This document shows positions 51,001 through 60,218 of a stretch of 64,000 nucleotides of DNA, one piece after another. The notes beneath the pieces are model-generated. The model saw only the letters and a list, made by a program, of their open reading frames with translations. It did not search any database and was not told the DNA's origin. Where the stretch lies: positions 14,351-78,350 of the forward strand of contig CAJXNM010000005.1 in the NCBI GenBank assembly GCA_913057135.1, written 5' to 3'. How positions within the stretch are numbered: position 1 is the first letter of the stretch; the number at the start of each line of letters is the position of its first letter. The stretch is from an uncultured Halieaceae bacterium. GTDB lineage: Bacteria > Pseudomonadota > Gammaproteobacteria > Pseudomonadales > Halieaceae. A program made the position numbers and the translations under genes.

Positions 51001-51213
51001 ATTCTTCGGGGTGTAAGATTGCAAGGTATTGACTCAGTAATGGCCCCCGTCACCCTAAGAGAGCGAGCTTGGGAGCAACTTGCCAGTGAACTAAACTTCG
51101 CGCTATTGCACACCATGATGACCGAAGTGGGCTTAAGCGAGGTTCTATCGCTTGCACCCAAAATTCTGGCGGGTCAAGTTCGAGGCCGCGTTGTCGTGAA
51201 CACACACCTTTGA
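48076..51213 (+). CDS. Fusion protein: ADP-forming acyl-CoA synthetase (CoA-binding + CoA-ligase + ATP-grasp) joined to a YhdH/AcuI-type MDR enoyl/acrylyl-CoA reductase
   Basis: Residues 1 to about 695: VALVGAT...YPVNP, LIAQSGSV, the phosphohistidine-loop-like KSHSGAIAG, and the ATP-grasp segment YPVVIKTAMPGILHKSDVGGVHVNV. Residues from about 718 to 1045: FNALVL...VDYSSLNYKDGMALTG...VTGAAGGVGSVAV...MPFILRGVRLQGIDS. I translated across the junction (50101-50280) by hand and found no stop. Confidence 0.8.
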   Translation: MAEVNHRLSRLLAPTSVALVGATTKPNVAGNDMVLELQLSKFKGAIYPVNPLYEEVEGLPCYRSLLDLPDTPDLVVLGVSNQQLEEQVREAIDIGAGGLVIFGSALLQVEAGGKTLRQRIADMAREANLPIVGGNCMGFYNMDHAVRAFPFHKPYELKEGGVTLIAQSGSVLTALLWNDQKLRFNLAVSPGHELVTTVADYMDYALHQPTTTVIAIFLEAVRDPEAFIAALQRAVKQQIPVIILKAGRTPEGAQLAKSHSGAIAGDNAAYQALFERYGVISVQSLDELASTALLLSSGRLPAQGGLASIFDSGGERELLVDLAHDVGVPMARIGDDTVEVLKENLDHGLEPINPLDAWGTGRNYQAIFENCWQALMDDPDTAMGVFVADLTSGFYLHESFARICRRVARRTQKPVAMLTNHIGTDSQDLATRTTDAGVPVLDGTLTGLKAVKHAMNYRDFINRPKAEQPPTPDPAVTLKWRNRLARAEMLTEAEGLDMLTDFGIPTAPYGCASSLNEAQTVAATIGYPVVIKTAMPGILHKSDVGGVHVNVADQMALDAIYQDLDTRLGPDVLIAKMVPIQLELALGIVVDQQFGPVIMVAGGGVFIEIYKDRRLCLAPVNRVAAEEMVDQLAIKPILDGARGRPVLDRNGVVEAIMALSSLATAVGDLLSEFDVNPLAVTSEGCIALDALAVPAAVTLAASVQPVTTKSQRKRAMGDTFNALVLRQEADTINAEIEELDNDDLPPGDVIVKVDYSSLNYKDGMALTGKGNIIRSYPMVPGIDLVGSVLASDSEKFLPGDPVILTGWSVGERYWGGFTQRQRTHADWLVRLPAALDARDAMGLGTAGLTAMLCVMAIEEGGIRPEDGPVVVTGAAGGVGSVAVALLAGRGYEVTAVTGRADTHDYLQQLGASRFLSRREMTDKAKPLETETWAAAVDTVGSTMLTKVLAQTRYRGVVAACGLAGGAGLQATVMPFILRGVRLQGIDSVMAPVTLRERAWEQLASELNFALLHTMMTEVGLSEVLSLAPKILAGQVRGRVVVNTHL

Positions 51214-51241
51214 GCGTTGTTAAAAAACCAGGGAAACATTA

Positions 51242-52015
51242 GTGATGACAAATGTAAGTAGACAACGGCAGCACCGCCAGACTGCACCAGGCGTAGCATT
51301 ATTGCTGAGTATTTACTTACTCACCCTGGTGGGCTGCTCGCAAAAAATAGAGCCGATGCCGGATCTAGCGGCCATCGATGACGTCAACCTAATGAAACAA
51401 ACTTTTTACGATTATCTGACACCTATTGCGCGCCAACAGAACAGCATCATCGAGGAGCAGAGAGCGCTCGTTAAGGGTTGGCGAGACACACTAGCGTCGG
51501 GGGATGAACTAGGCTGGCTGGCCAAGCGGCGACTCAAGGACTTAGCCACCACCTACGAGCTCGATGATGTTGCGCAAACGGCTAATGCCGTGGACGAGCT
51601 CTGGCTGCGTGTTGATATTGTCCCAGTACAACTCGCCCTTGCCCAGGCAGCTATTGAGTCTGGCTGGGGACGCTCGCGCTTCGCGGTCGATTATAATAAT
51701 TTGTTTGGTCAGTGGTGCTACCAACCCGGCTGTGGCGTTATTCCCAAGCGGCGCCCCGACGGCATGAAGCACGAGGTGGCTAAATTTGACTCCGTATCCG
51801 AATCAGTCCGTCGCTACATGAACAATCTCAACACCCATCCGCGCTATGTTCATTTAAGGGAGTTACGCGCTCAAGCTCGGCAAGCAAATCGGCCAGTGAC
51901 GGCAACCCTGCTTACACCCGGACTACTTGGCTACTCAGAACGCGGTGAAGTTTACGTAGAAGAAGTGGCGACCATGATTCGACGCAATGAATCGCTAGTG
52001 CCCAAGCGCGGATGA
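51242..52015 (+). CDS. Glucosaminidase-domain protein (Bax-like)
   Basis: Lipoprotein-like signal (LLTLVGCS) and the motif LALAQAAIESGWGRSRFAVDYNNLFGQW. Confidence 0.7.
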   Translation: MMTNVSRQRQHRQTAPGVALLLSIYLLTLVGCSQKIEPMPDLAAIDDVNLMKQTFYDYLTPIARQQNSIIEEQRALVKGWRDTLASGDELGWLAKRRLKDLATTYELDDVAQTANAVDELWLRVDIVPVQLALAQAAIESGWGRSRFAVDYNNLFGQWCYQPGCGVIPKRRPDGMKHEVAKFDSVSESVRRYMNNLNTHPRYVHLRELRAQARQANRPVTATLLTPGLLGYSERGEVYVEEVATMIRRNESLVPKRG

Positions 52016-53169
52016 CGATATCCGTGGGAAATCATCAAGGGCTGCGTCGACGATTGTTAGCGACGCTGGGATGCTGGCTCTGGCCACTGATGACCCTGGC
52101 CGGTGAGCATGAAAGCTCCCTGTCGGCGCCTGTTTCAACGACTGTTACAACGACTGTTTCAACGATAAGAACGGCACCCCATGGGGTCATACTGCTTTAT
52201 CATCGGGTAGCCGATAACGGACCCGATAGCACACGGGTAAGTCCTGCTCAGTTTAGTGCCCATCTCGATCATCTCCTTGCTGACGGCTACTCTGTGCTAC
52301 CACTCGAGCACTTATTGGACGGCATCTACAACAGCAGGCCGCTCCCCCGTAAGCCAGTGGCGATTACTTTCGATGACGCTTATCGATCGGTCGGTGAAGT
52401 TGCCTACCCCATGTTGCGGCAGCGGAAGATGCCATTCACCGTCTTCGTGGCAAGTGGGGTTGTCGACACAGGTGCTAGCTCGTTTCTTAGCTGGTCGGCA
52501 CTACGGGACATGGCGCTTGACCCTTTGGTCAGCTTCGGCGGGCACTCGGTCAACCACCCCCACCTGGAACTGTTGGCGATAACTCACAGCCCGTCGCAAG
52601 AGGCCTCGCGCAGTGATGAAATCGACACCAACATGGCGCAATTACGGGCAAAACTCGGGGATTCTGTCATCGATGCCTTTGCCTACCCCTATGGTGAGTT
52701 CAGCGCAGCAACCGAGGCACTCCTAAAAGAGCGAAAGCTGTACGGTTTAGCTCAACAGTCGGGGGCGGTAGACGTCAATGTCCCTCAAACCCGAATCCCA
52801 AGATTCCCCCTCTACCAGGGTCAGGGCGATCAGCAGCGACTAGAAAGGGCGCTAACAACAAAGCCGCTGCCCGTTATCACCGAAACCCCCAATGCGGTGG
52901 TGATCCCTGCGAACGCAGAAGCGCCGTCTCGATGGCGCTTCAAATGGGGGGAGGGAAAGTTCAACGCCCATCAAATTGCCTGTTTTTCGTCAAAGGGCGA
53001 GGCGCTTGCCACCGAGTTAAAGGACGGCTGGGCTACAGTTGAGTTACCCTCTTTTTCAATCGGACGCAATAAGGTGAACTGCACCGCACCGAGCACCGAT
53101 GAGCCGGGTAGCTACTTTTGGTACGCCCGATTGTGGTTGATGCTCTCCCCCGAGGGCCTACCCGACTGA
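52012..53169 (+). CDS. Polysaccharide deacetylase (NodB-homology) family protein with an uncharacterised C-terminal domain
   Basis: VILLYHRV, VAITFDDAYRSV and FGGHSVNHPHL. Its ATG overlaps the upstream stop (ATGA). Confidence 0.75.
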   Translation: MTISVGNHQGLRRRLLATLGCWLWPLMTLAGEHESSLSAPVSTTVTTTVSTIRTAPHGVILLYHRVADNGPDSTRVSPAQFSAHLDHLLADGYSVLPLEHLLDGIYNSRPLPRKPVAITFDDAYRSVGEVAYPMLRQRKMPFTVFVASGVVDTGASSFLSWSALRDMALDPLVSFGGHSVNHPHLELLAITHSPSQEASRSDEIDTNMAQLRAKLGDSVIDAFAYPYGEFSAATEALLKERKLYGLAQQSGAVDVNVPQTRIPRFPLYQGQGDQQRLERALTTKPLPVITETPNAVVIPANAEAPSRWRFKWGEGKFNAHQIACFSSKGEALATELKDGWATVELPSFSIGRNKVNCTAPSTDEPGSYFWYARLWLMLSPEGLPD

Positions 53170-53492
53170 TGTCATGGGGCCTCGCAATAAGATGACCATC
53201 ACTACCGCTAGCTTCATATCACGTGCCCCAAAAGATTGACGTCATAGCTATAAGCAACGCAGTCATCTCAAAATACAACCACCGTGCTCAAAGGCCGCAT
53301 TTGCCACGTTGACGTACAAGGATCAGATCGACATATCGCGCCAAGAGCAAGCTAACACCGGCCAACACTGGGCACCATCGTTTCAACACCCGCCCTTTAA
53401 CAGCTCTGCATCGATGGGGTTCACTGGATGCATGGGGTAAACCGTCGATCGTGCTATGCTACGCCCCCTTTTTTTTGCCTTATTTGTCTGCT

Positions 53493-55970
53493 ATGTATTC
53501 ACAACTTCGCAACGTTGTCGCAGCGATGGCCGCCCTCGTCGCTGTCATCACCACATTTGGCCTCAACCCAACCGCGGCGGCCGATGAAGCGGGTTCAGGT
53601 GCTCGCGCCTTCGCACAACTAGGCCAAGAGCTCCCCACCCCCAACAGCTATCGGACCGCATCGGGAGCGCCCGGCGTGGACTACTGGCAGCAACAAGCCG
53701 ACTACCGCATCGACGCCACGCTTGATGAAGCCAACCGCAGTATCAGCGCCAAAGCCACCATTAGCTATCGCAATAACTCGCCAGACACCTTGCGTTATTT
53801 ATGGCTACAACTGGATCAAAATCGTTTCCGGCCTGACTCTCTCGATCGCCGATCGCGCACAGTCATCGAGGATCAGGTGAGCTACGGCACCCTGCGTGAC
53901 CACCAATCAATGGCCGATACCGAGTACGGCTACCAGGAGGTCCTGTTTACTGACAGCCGAGGTAAACCCCTTACAGCCACTGTCGTCGATACCCTCGTGC
54001 GTCTCGACTTACCGACCCCACTAGCATCCGGTAACAGTGTCACCTTCAACGTGCAGTGGCGCTTCAATATTGTCGAGGAAGTGGCCATCGGCAGTCGGGG
54101 TGGCTATGAACATTTTGACGATAACAACACCCAGCTCTTCTTCTTAGCCCAATGGTTTCCAAGACTTGCCGCTTACACCGATTACGAGGGCTGGACCAAT
54201 AAAGCCTTTTTAGGACGCGGTGAGTTCACCCTTGAGTTTGGTGACTACGATGTGCGTCTTACCGTACCCGACAACCACATCGTGTCCGCCACAGGTGAGT
54301 TACACAATCCGAAAGAGGTGCTAAGTCGCACCCAGCGAGAACGTCTGGCAAGCGCCAATCCCGAGCAGCCCGTGTTTATCGTGACCCCGGAAGAGGCCAA
54401 GGCGAACGAAGCCACCACAGCCAAAGGCGCCAAAACCTGGCACTTCAAAGCAGATAACGTGCGCGATTTCGCCTGGTCGAGCTCAAGCAAGTACATCTGG
54501 GATGCCATGATCCACGAGCAACCCGGCGCCAAGCATGAGCGGGTACTTGCAATGTCGTTTTATCCCAATGAAGCGGAGCCGGTTTGGTCTAGCTATTCGA
54601 CCCATGCGGTAGTCCATACCATGGATGTCTATAGTCGCTTCTCTTTCGACTATCCCTATCCCGTCGCTCAATCGGTCAACACCTGGGAATCGGGCGGTAT
54701 GGAATACCCGATGATTACCTTCAACGGCTATCGCCCGGACCAACCGGATGCGGATGATGACCCGACCTCGGCGAAGTCCCGCGCTAGTGAACAGCGCGCC
54801 TACTCACGACGAATCAAATATGGCTTGATTGGGGTCATTATTCACGAGGTGGGCCATATTTATTTCCCCATGGTCGTCAATTCTGACGAGCGACAGTGGA
54901 CATGGATGGATGAAGGCATTAACACCTTTCTGGAGTATGTTGCCGAGCTTGAGTGGGAGGAGGACTACCCTGCCTTCAGAGATGAAACCAATATTCTCGA
55001 CTACATCCCCGCGTACATGACGTCGACCAATCAAGTACCCGTGATGACCCAGTCAGACTCCATCTTGCAGTTTGGCCCGAACGCTTACGTCAAGCCTGCC
55101 GCAGCCCTTACTGTATTGCGCGAGACTGTGATGGGCCGAGAGCTATTCGACTTTGCGTTTCGTGAGTACGCCCAACGCTGGAAGTTCAAGCGACCGACGC
55201 CGGCGGATTTTTTCAGAACCATGGAAGATGCCTCCGGGGTCGACCTCGACTGGTTTTGGCGCGCCTGGTTCTACGGTACCGATCACGTCGATATCGCGAT
55301 AACGGACGTGCGCGCCTATCGCCTGAAAACCAATGACCCCGATATTGACTACCCGTTAGACCGGGAGGAAGCCGCTCGAGATAAACCCGCTCCGATTAGC
55401 ATAGAGCGTAATCGCGCAGCGGGTATCGTGCCCCGTGAAAGTCGGATTGAAACCCTGCAAGACCTCTACAGCAACAACGACCGATTCACCGTAACCAATA
55501 AAGATCGAAATGAGGCAGCAAAGGCCTATGGCAAGCTGGACAGCTGGGAGCAACGGGTTTTCGATCGAGCCATAGAAGAGAACGCGCTGTTTTACTTCCT
55601 AGATTTCGAGAATGTGGGCGGCGTACCCTCGCCGATCCTGATGAATATCCACTACCAGGACGGCTCTGATCGAGCGCTGGAATTACCCGCCGAAATCTGG
55701 CGCAAAAATGCTGAACAGGTCACTTACCGGCTAATCGAAGACAAACCCATAGCGTATATCGAGATCGACAAACAGCACCAAACAGCCGACACCGACTACA
55801 GTAACAACCGATTCCCCCCGAGCATTCATAGCTCTCGCCTGCAGGTTTACAAATCTAAACGGAAGACCCGCAACTTAATGGCTGATTTGCTGGTTGAACT
55901 CAAAGCCAAGCAAGACGCGGCGGATCAGCCGGCTGAGAACTTGCCTCTTGAACAGGTCGATGACCAATGA
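53493..55970 (+). CDS. M1-family zinc metallopeptidase (aminopeptidase N-like), secreted
   Basis: Signal peptide, a GMEYP exopeptidase-like motif, then HEVGHIYF...WMDEGINTF (HExxH-x18-E). Confidence 0.85.
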   Translation: MYSQLRNVVAAMAALVAVITTFGLNPTAAADEAGSGARAFAQLGQELPTPNSYRTASGAPGVDYWQQQADYRIDATLDEANRSISAKATISYRNNSPDTLRYLWLQLDQNRFRPDSLDRRSRTVIEDQVSYGTLRDHQSMADTEYGYQEVLFTDSRGKPLTATVVDTLVRLDLPTPLASGNSVTFNVQWRFNIVEEVAIGSRGGYEHFDDNNTQLFFLAQWFPRLAAYTDYEGWTNKAFLGRGEFTLEFGDYDVRLTVPDNHIVSATGELHNPKEVLSRTQRERLASANPEQPVFIVTPEEAKANEATTAKGAKTWHFKADNVRDFAWSSSSKYIWDAMIHEQPGAKHERVLAMSFYPNEAEPVWSSYSTHAVVHTMDVYSRFSFDYPYPVAQSVNTWESGGMEYPMITFNGYRPDQPDADDDPTSAKSRASEQRAYSRRIKYGLIGVIIHEVGHIYFPMVVNSDERQWTWMDEGINTFLEYVAELEWEEDYPAFRDETNILDYIPAYMTSTNQVPVMTQSDSILQFGPNAYVKPAAALTVLRETVMGRELFDFAFREYAQRWKFKRPTPADFFRTMEDASGVDLDWFWRAWFYGTDHVDIAITDVRAYRLKTNDPDIDYPLDREEAARDKPAPISIERNRAAGIVPRESRIETLQDLYSNNDRFTVTNKDRNEAAKAYGKLDSWEQRVFDRAIEENALFYFLDFENVGGVPSPILMNIHYQDGSDRALELPAEIWRKNAEQVTYRLIEDKPIAYIEIDKQHQTADTDYSNNRFPPSIHSSRLQVYKSKRKTRNLMADLLVELKAKQDAADQPAENLPLEQVDDQ

Positions 55971-56506
55971 GTATGCGGCGCCCATCGATACTGGGGAATG
56001 GTCACCGATTATTACTGGGACTCGTCATGGGTCTGCTGGTAGCACTTGATGTTAGCGCCCACCGGGGTCATGGCATGTGGACGGAAGTCGCTTGGGCGGG
56101 TAATGGCTTTGAAATTATTCACCGAATACACCTGTCCGATGCCCTGCGTGTGCTCGAGACTATGGAGACGGAAGCAAGTGTGGAGTCCATGGAAGGATTG
56201 GCACTATTGGCACTCTATGTCGAAGCCAATTTTAGCGTCAGCAGCCAAAGCGGCCGCGCCACGCTAAGCACACTGGGTGCTGAGATTGATGACGATTTTT
56301 TATATGTCTTTCAAGAGTGGTTAACGCCACTACCTGAGCAAACACCCGTTTTTACAAGCAGTGTATTGCTCGACATAGAGCCCGGCGCTCACTCCTATGT
56401 GAATTATCAAGCCCCCGGTATTAACGAAACGCTTCAGTTGGAAACCGGTGCACTGCACCCACAACGTCATCAATCCTTATCGGAACAACCGTTGTTAAGC
56501 CTGTAA
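55967..56506 (+). CDS. Hypothetical exported protein (DUF6702-like), translationally coupled to the M1 peptidase
   Basis: Its ATG overlaps the peptidase stop (ATGA). It has a signal/TM segment followed by HRGHGMWTEVAWAGNGFEIIHRIHLSDA. The family call comes from memory of peptidase-linked DUF6702 proteins. Confidence 0.45.
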   Translation: MSMRRPSILGNGHRLLLGLVMGLLVALDVSAHRGHGMWTEVAWAGNGFEIIHRIHLSDALRVLETMETEASVESMEGLALLALYVEANFSVSSQSGRATLSTLGAEIDDDFLYVFQEWLTPLPEQTPVFTSSVLLDIEPGAHSYVNYQAPGINETLQLETGALHPQRHQSLSEQPLLSL

Positions 56507-56554
56507 GCACTTCAGATAACCGCATCGACGTCTGGGGAAAGGTGCCGATAACCG

Positions 56555-56576
56555 GCGGCAGGCAATCGCCTGCCGC
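56555..56576. terminator. Perfect 9-bp GC hairpin between convergent genes (no U-tract)
   Basis: GCGGCAGGC-aatc-GCCTGCCGC, directly abutting the soxB stop codon. Confidence 0.35.
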
Positions 56577-56577
56577 G

Positions 56578-58284
56578 TTAAATCACAAAACCTTGATTAC
56601 CTTCCAGGCCTTTGACGACCGGCTGCTTCACGTCGACGGCGTCAATGTGCTTTTTGCTTCGTAGCCAGCGAGCTACCACATCCCAGATGGGCTCTCCATC
56701 AACCTGCTGCATCGACGCCCAGCCTGCTACCTTGTAGGTTTTATTGGGATCAATAGCCGTGTTGTTTAGCCGCATGTCACCAATTCGCTGACCTGACGCC
56801 GCAAGGGGTGCAATGCTGTAATCGAGGCCACCCACGCGCACCATATCGCCACCTTGCTGGTAGTAGGGGTCGGCATTGAATAAATTATCAGCCACATCCT
56901 CCAGTACCACCTTCAGGAAGTCCCCTTTCATCTCGGTAAGCGTGACCGAGGGATAGGTAATAGCCACCTGAGACATTAAATCTTCAAATGTGATGTTATC
57001 CCCCGGCAGCAGTGACGGCCCCCAGCGGAAGCCAGGAGACAGGGATACGTCGGCCTCCAGTTCGTCAATCAGCGCGTCACAAATAAGCTGATCAAAGCTG
57101 CCATTGAAATTACCGCGCCGGTAGAGCAAGCCATCGGTCGTGGCTAATACCTCACTTAACTGACGCTCATAAGGCGCGCGTATTTTTTCAATGAGAGCGG
57201 TCATCTCGGGGTCAGCAGGCAGTAGTTCCGAGAACACGGGCAGTAGCCGATAGGACCAGTCCTTCACCTTGCCGTTGCGCACGTCAAAATCAAGCACGCC
57301 CAGGAACTTGCCATTCGAGCCCGCATTGGTGACCAGAGTCATACCGCCAGGGTTTTTGACCTGGACCGCGGTAGGAATAGCATCGTGGGTATGACCGCCC
57401 ATGATGGCGTCTAAACCCGTTACCCTAGACGCTAGTTTAATATCGGTGTCGGCACCGTTGTGGGACAGCAACACAACTACCTGTGCGCCCGCAGCCCTAA
57501 CTTCATCAATTTTCTCTTGAAGCTCTCGCTCCTGAATACCGAATGTCCAGCCCGACACAAAATGAGAGGGATTGGCGATGGGGGTATACGGAAATGCCTG
57601 GCCGATAATGGCAACGGGCACACCATTCATCTCTTTTAGGGTATGGCTAGCAAATACGGGGTCACCAAAATCGAAGTCTTTGACGTTGTGGGCCACAAAG
57701 TCGATATGGCCATCGAGATCATTCTCGATAATGTCCTGTACACGGTCGCTACCGAGGGTGAATTCCCAATGTCCCGTCATCACATCGATGCCCAGCAGCT
57801 TGCTGGCATCGACCATATCTTGTCCTTTAGTCCAGAGCGATGTGGCTGATCCCTGCCACAGATCACCACCGTCGAGCAGGAGCGCACCGGGCCGATTGGC
57901 TCGAACCCGTTGGACGAGTGTCGATAAATGGGCAAAGCCCCCAACCTTGCCAAAGCGCTCGGCAGCGGCGACATAATCAAGATAGGTAAATGCGTGAGCG
58001 TCACGGGTACCAGCCGATAGTCCGTAGGCCTCAAGTAGCGCGTCACCCACTAAATGGGGCGCACGATTCTTCGCAGCATGAACACCAATATTGACCTGTG
58101 GCTCGCGGTAATAAATGGGCTGCAGTTGGGCGTGCGCATCGGTCATGTGCAACAAGTGCACATTGCCAAACCGAGGCACGTCATAAGCGTCACCCTGAGC
58201 CCAGCTCCTGCGATTCAACGTCGGAACCGCCAGCCCTGCAGCCAGACCCAGTGCCAACATCTTATTGAACTCACGACGATCCAT
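56578..58284 (-). CDS. soxB: Thiosulfohydrolase SoxB
   Basis: Tat signal (DRREFNKMLALGLAAGLA), a metallophosphatase/5'-nucleotidase fold (LLHMTDAHAQ, GDLWQGS, GHWEF, SHNG, GGHTH), a length of about 568 aa and sox gene context. Confidence 0.85.
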   Translation of the reverse strand: MDRREFNKMLALGLAAGLAVPTLNRRSWAQGDAYDVPRFGNVHLLHMTDAHAQLQPIYYREPQVNIGVHAAKNRAPHLVGDALLEAYGLSAGTRDAHAFTYLDYVAAAERFGKVGGFAHLSTLVQRVRANRPGALLLDGGDLWQGSATSLWTKGQDMVDASKLLGIDVMTGHWEFTLGSDRVQDIIENDLDGHIDFVAHNVKDFDFGDPVFASHTLKEMNGVPVAIIGQAFPYTPIANPSHFVSGWTFGIQERELQEKIDEVRAAGAQVVVLLSHNGADTDIKLASRVTGLDAIMGGHTHDAIPTAVQVKNPGGMTLVTNAGSNGKFLGVLDFDVRNGKVKDWSYRLLPVFSELLPADPEMTALIEKIRAPYERQLSEVLATTDGLLYRRGNFNGSFDQLICDALIDELEADVSLSPGFRWGPSLLPGDNITFEDLMSQVAITYPSVTLTEMKGDFLKVVLEDVADNLFNADPYYQQGGDMVRVGGLDYSIAPLAASGQRIGDMRLNNTAIDPNKTYKVAGWASMQQVDGEPIWDVVARWLRSKKHIDAVDVKQPVVKGLEGNQGFVI

Positions 58285-58365
58285 GCACAACTCCTAGCAG
58301 TGCTCAGTGCGGCCCAAGGCGTTGCAGATGACGCAACACCCGGGCGTTACAGGGTTAGCGGTTGC

Positions 58366-58677
58366 CTATTTAATTTTTGTTTTGCCTTCGCCGGTTTCGC
58401 CTTTGTTGTCACGCCAGGTGACGACGATCTCATCACCGGCAGCACCGCCTTCGAAGCGAACCCCCAAAAACGGGTTGGCGCTTACCGCGGCGCCCCAATA
58501 ACCGTGCATGACGGTATTGCCGTTGTGGGTGACCATCACCTCTTCAATGAAATGTGCAGGGATAGGGTTACCTGCGGCATCTTTACGTTGTCCAGTTTCC
58601 ATAGGATGGCGCATCAGAGCCTTGACTTCAGTGCTATCACCCTTAACTTGCGCACGAATACGAATACGACCTGCCAT
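58366..58677 (-). CDS. soxZ: Thiosulfate oxidation carrier complex protein SoxZ
   Basis: MAGRIRIRAQVKGDSTEVKALMRHPMETGQRKD...IPAHFIEEVMVTHNGNTV. Confidence 0.9.
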   Translation of the reverse strand: MAGRIRIRAQVKGDSTEVKALMRHPMETGQRKDAAGNPIPAHFIEEVMVTHNGNTVMHGYWGAAVSANPFLGVRFEGGAAGDEIVVTWRDNKGETGEGKTKIK

Positions 58678-58689
58678 GTTCAGTTCTCC

Positions 58690-59169
58690 TTAACCGCCGC
58701 AACCACCAAGGGTGACCTTGGTTTCTTTTGATGCCATATACAACTTGCCATTAGCTTCCGCTACCGCATAGAGATTGCAGGTTTGAGCAACTTTTACCCG
58801 TGTCTCCACGAAGGGTTTGGTGCCCGCGGGAATCATAAACATGGCAGTCATTGGATTAGGATTTTTCTCGACCATGACGTAGAGCTTGGTTACACCGGGA
58901 AGCTTGCTCTCATCTATCGATACCTCAACCGGCACAACAGCGCCGTTTTCAGCGATGTCGGGGGTCGTGAAAATAATGCCATCGTGGGGCTCGGGTGTGC
59001 CGCCCAACTCTGCGAAGGTGGCATCAAGTGCAGTGGCTTTAAAAGCCCCTTCCGGGCGCGCAATGGCAGCCCACAATTTCGCTGGTATCAGGGCCGTAGC
59101 GGCCAATACTGCCCCCACCCGAAGAAAGCTGCGCCGGGCAATGCCCGATTGCTCTAAGCTGTAACTCAT
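58690..59169 (-). CDS. soxY: Thiosulfate oxidation carrier protein SoxY
   Basis: Tat signal (ARRSFLRVGAVLAATA) and the diagnostic C-terminal GGCGG swinging-arm motif. Confidence 0.9.
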   Translation of the reverse strand: MSYSLEQSGIARRSFLRVGAVLAATALIPAKLWAAIARPEGAFKATALDATFAELGGTPEPHDGIIFTTPDIAENGAVVPVEVSIDESKLPGVTKLYVMVEKNPNPMTAMFMIPAGTKPFVETRVKVAQTCNLYAVAEANGKLYMASKETKVTLGGCGG

Positions 59170-59192
59170 GTTTTTTTCCTCACTACGTTGAT

Positions 59193-60218
59193 TCAATTGC
59201 CGACTGCTAGCCATTCCGCGATGGTCTGAAGTGCTGCGTCGTCGATAGCAGCCATAGGCGGCATGGCCATACTGCCCCAAACGCCCGCACCGCCGTTACG
59301 GATCTTACCTTTAAGATATTCCACCTTATCAGGGCCATATTTGCCCTGAATATCGGCAAAGCCCGGCCCCACCAATTGACCTTCGAGCTGGTGACAACCG
59401 GTGCAGCCATTGGCCATGAGGAGCTGCTCTGGAGCTTCGCTGGCCGAGGGCATGCCCGCCTGATCCTGGTCTGTCTCGGGTGCCGTCTGTATTCCCGGGA
59501 ACGGGCCGTAATCACGCACCTGATCTCGCAGATTGCCGTGGGCATTCATGGCGTAATCGGGCAGGAACGATGTCACCGTCACGTCCACATCGCAGTCGCT
59601 AACACAGTTACTGCCCACCACATCGGGTGATCCTGATACGGACCATAGACCGTGCTCGGTGGTCATACCGTAACGGTTGGGCATCATGTCTTGCACGTCC
59701 TGAATATTGTCATTGGACAGCACAAAATCGTAGTCCACGATGTAGCCCAAGTTCAGCAAGTACGCGACCAGTGCGTATACCTCGTCGGTGCTAAGTGACT
59801 TGGGCGCATTCCAGGGCATAGCCCGGTTGATGTAATCCCAGATAGTCGACAAGGTAGAGACTTTCATCAGGGTCGTGCGCACCACGGCGGGATCGGTAAG
59901 CGCGGCAACACGCCCCGACTCTATATCCTCTGGCGTGATGTTGCCCAAAACCAGCGGCGAAAACACTTCATTAGAATCACCGAAATCACCATGACAGACA
60001 GCGCACTTCTCTAGCCACAGCGCCTCGCCGTCTTCAACCGAGCCCGAGCCCGGGGGTAGCCCCTGAAAATCTGGGCGCACATCGATATCCCAGGCCGCCA
60101 CCTCCTCGGCGGTGGCAGGACGACCAATGGCATCAATGGCACTTGTGTAATCCGACGCAACAGCCGCCGGTGTAACGATTGCGAGAGCGGCAAGGCCGGC
60201 TTTAACCCAACTGAACAT
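59193..60218 (-). CDS. soxD: Dihaem cytochrome c SoxD
   Basis: It has two CxxCH motifs (CAVCH, CTGCH), and WDYINRAMPWNAPKSLSTDEVYALVAYLLNL matches SoxD. Its ATG at 60218 overlaps the soxC 3' end by 17 nt. Confidence 0.8.
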   Translation of the reverse strand: MFSWVKAGLAALAIVTPAAVASDYTSAIDAIGRPATAEEVAAWDIDVRPDFQGLPPGSGSVEDGEALWLEKCAVCHGDFGDSNEVFSPLVLGNITPEDIESGRVAALTDPAVVRTTLMKVSTLSTIWDYINRAMPWNAPKSLSTDEVYALVAYLLNLGYIVDYDFVLSNDNIQDVQDMMPNRYGMTTEHGLWSVSGSPDVVGSNCVSDCDVDVTVTSFLPDYAMNAHGNLRDQVRDYGPFPGIQTAPETDQDQAGMPSASEAPEQLLMANGCTGCHQLEGQLVGPGFADIQGKYGPDKVEYLKGKIRNGGAGVWGSMAMPPMAAIDDAALQTIAEWLAVGN

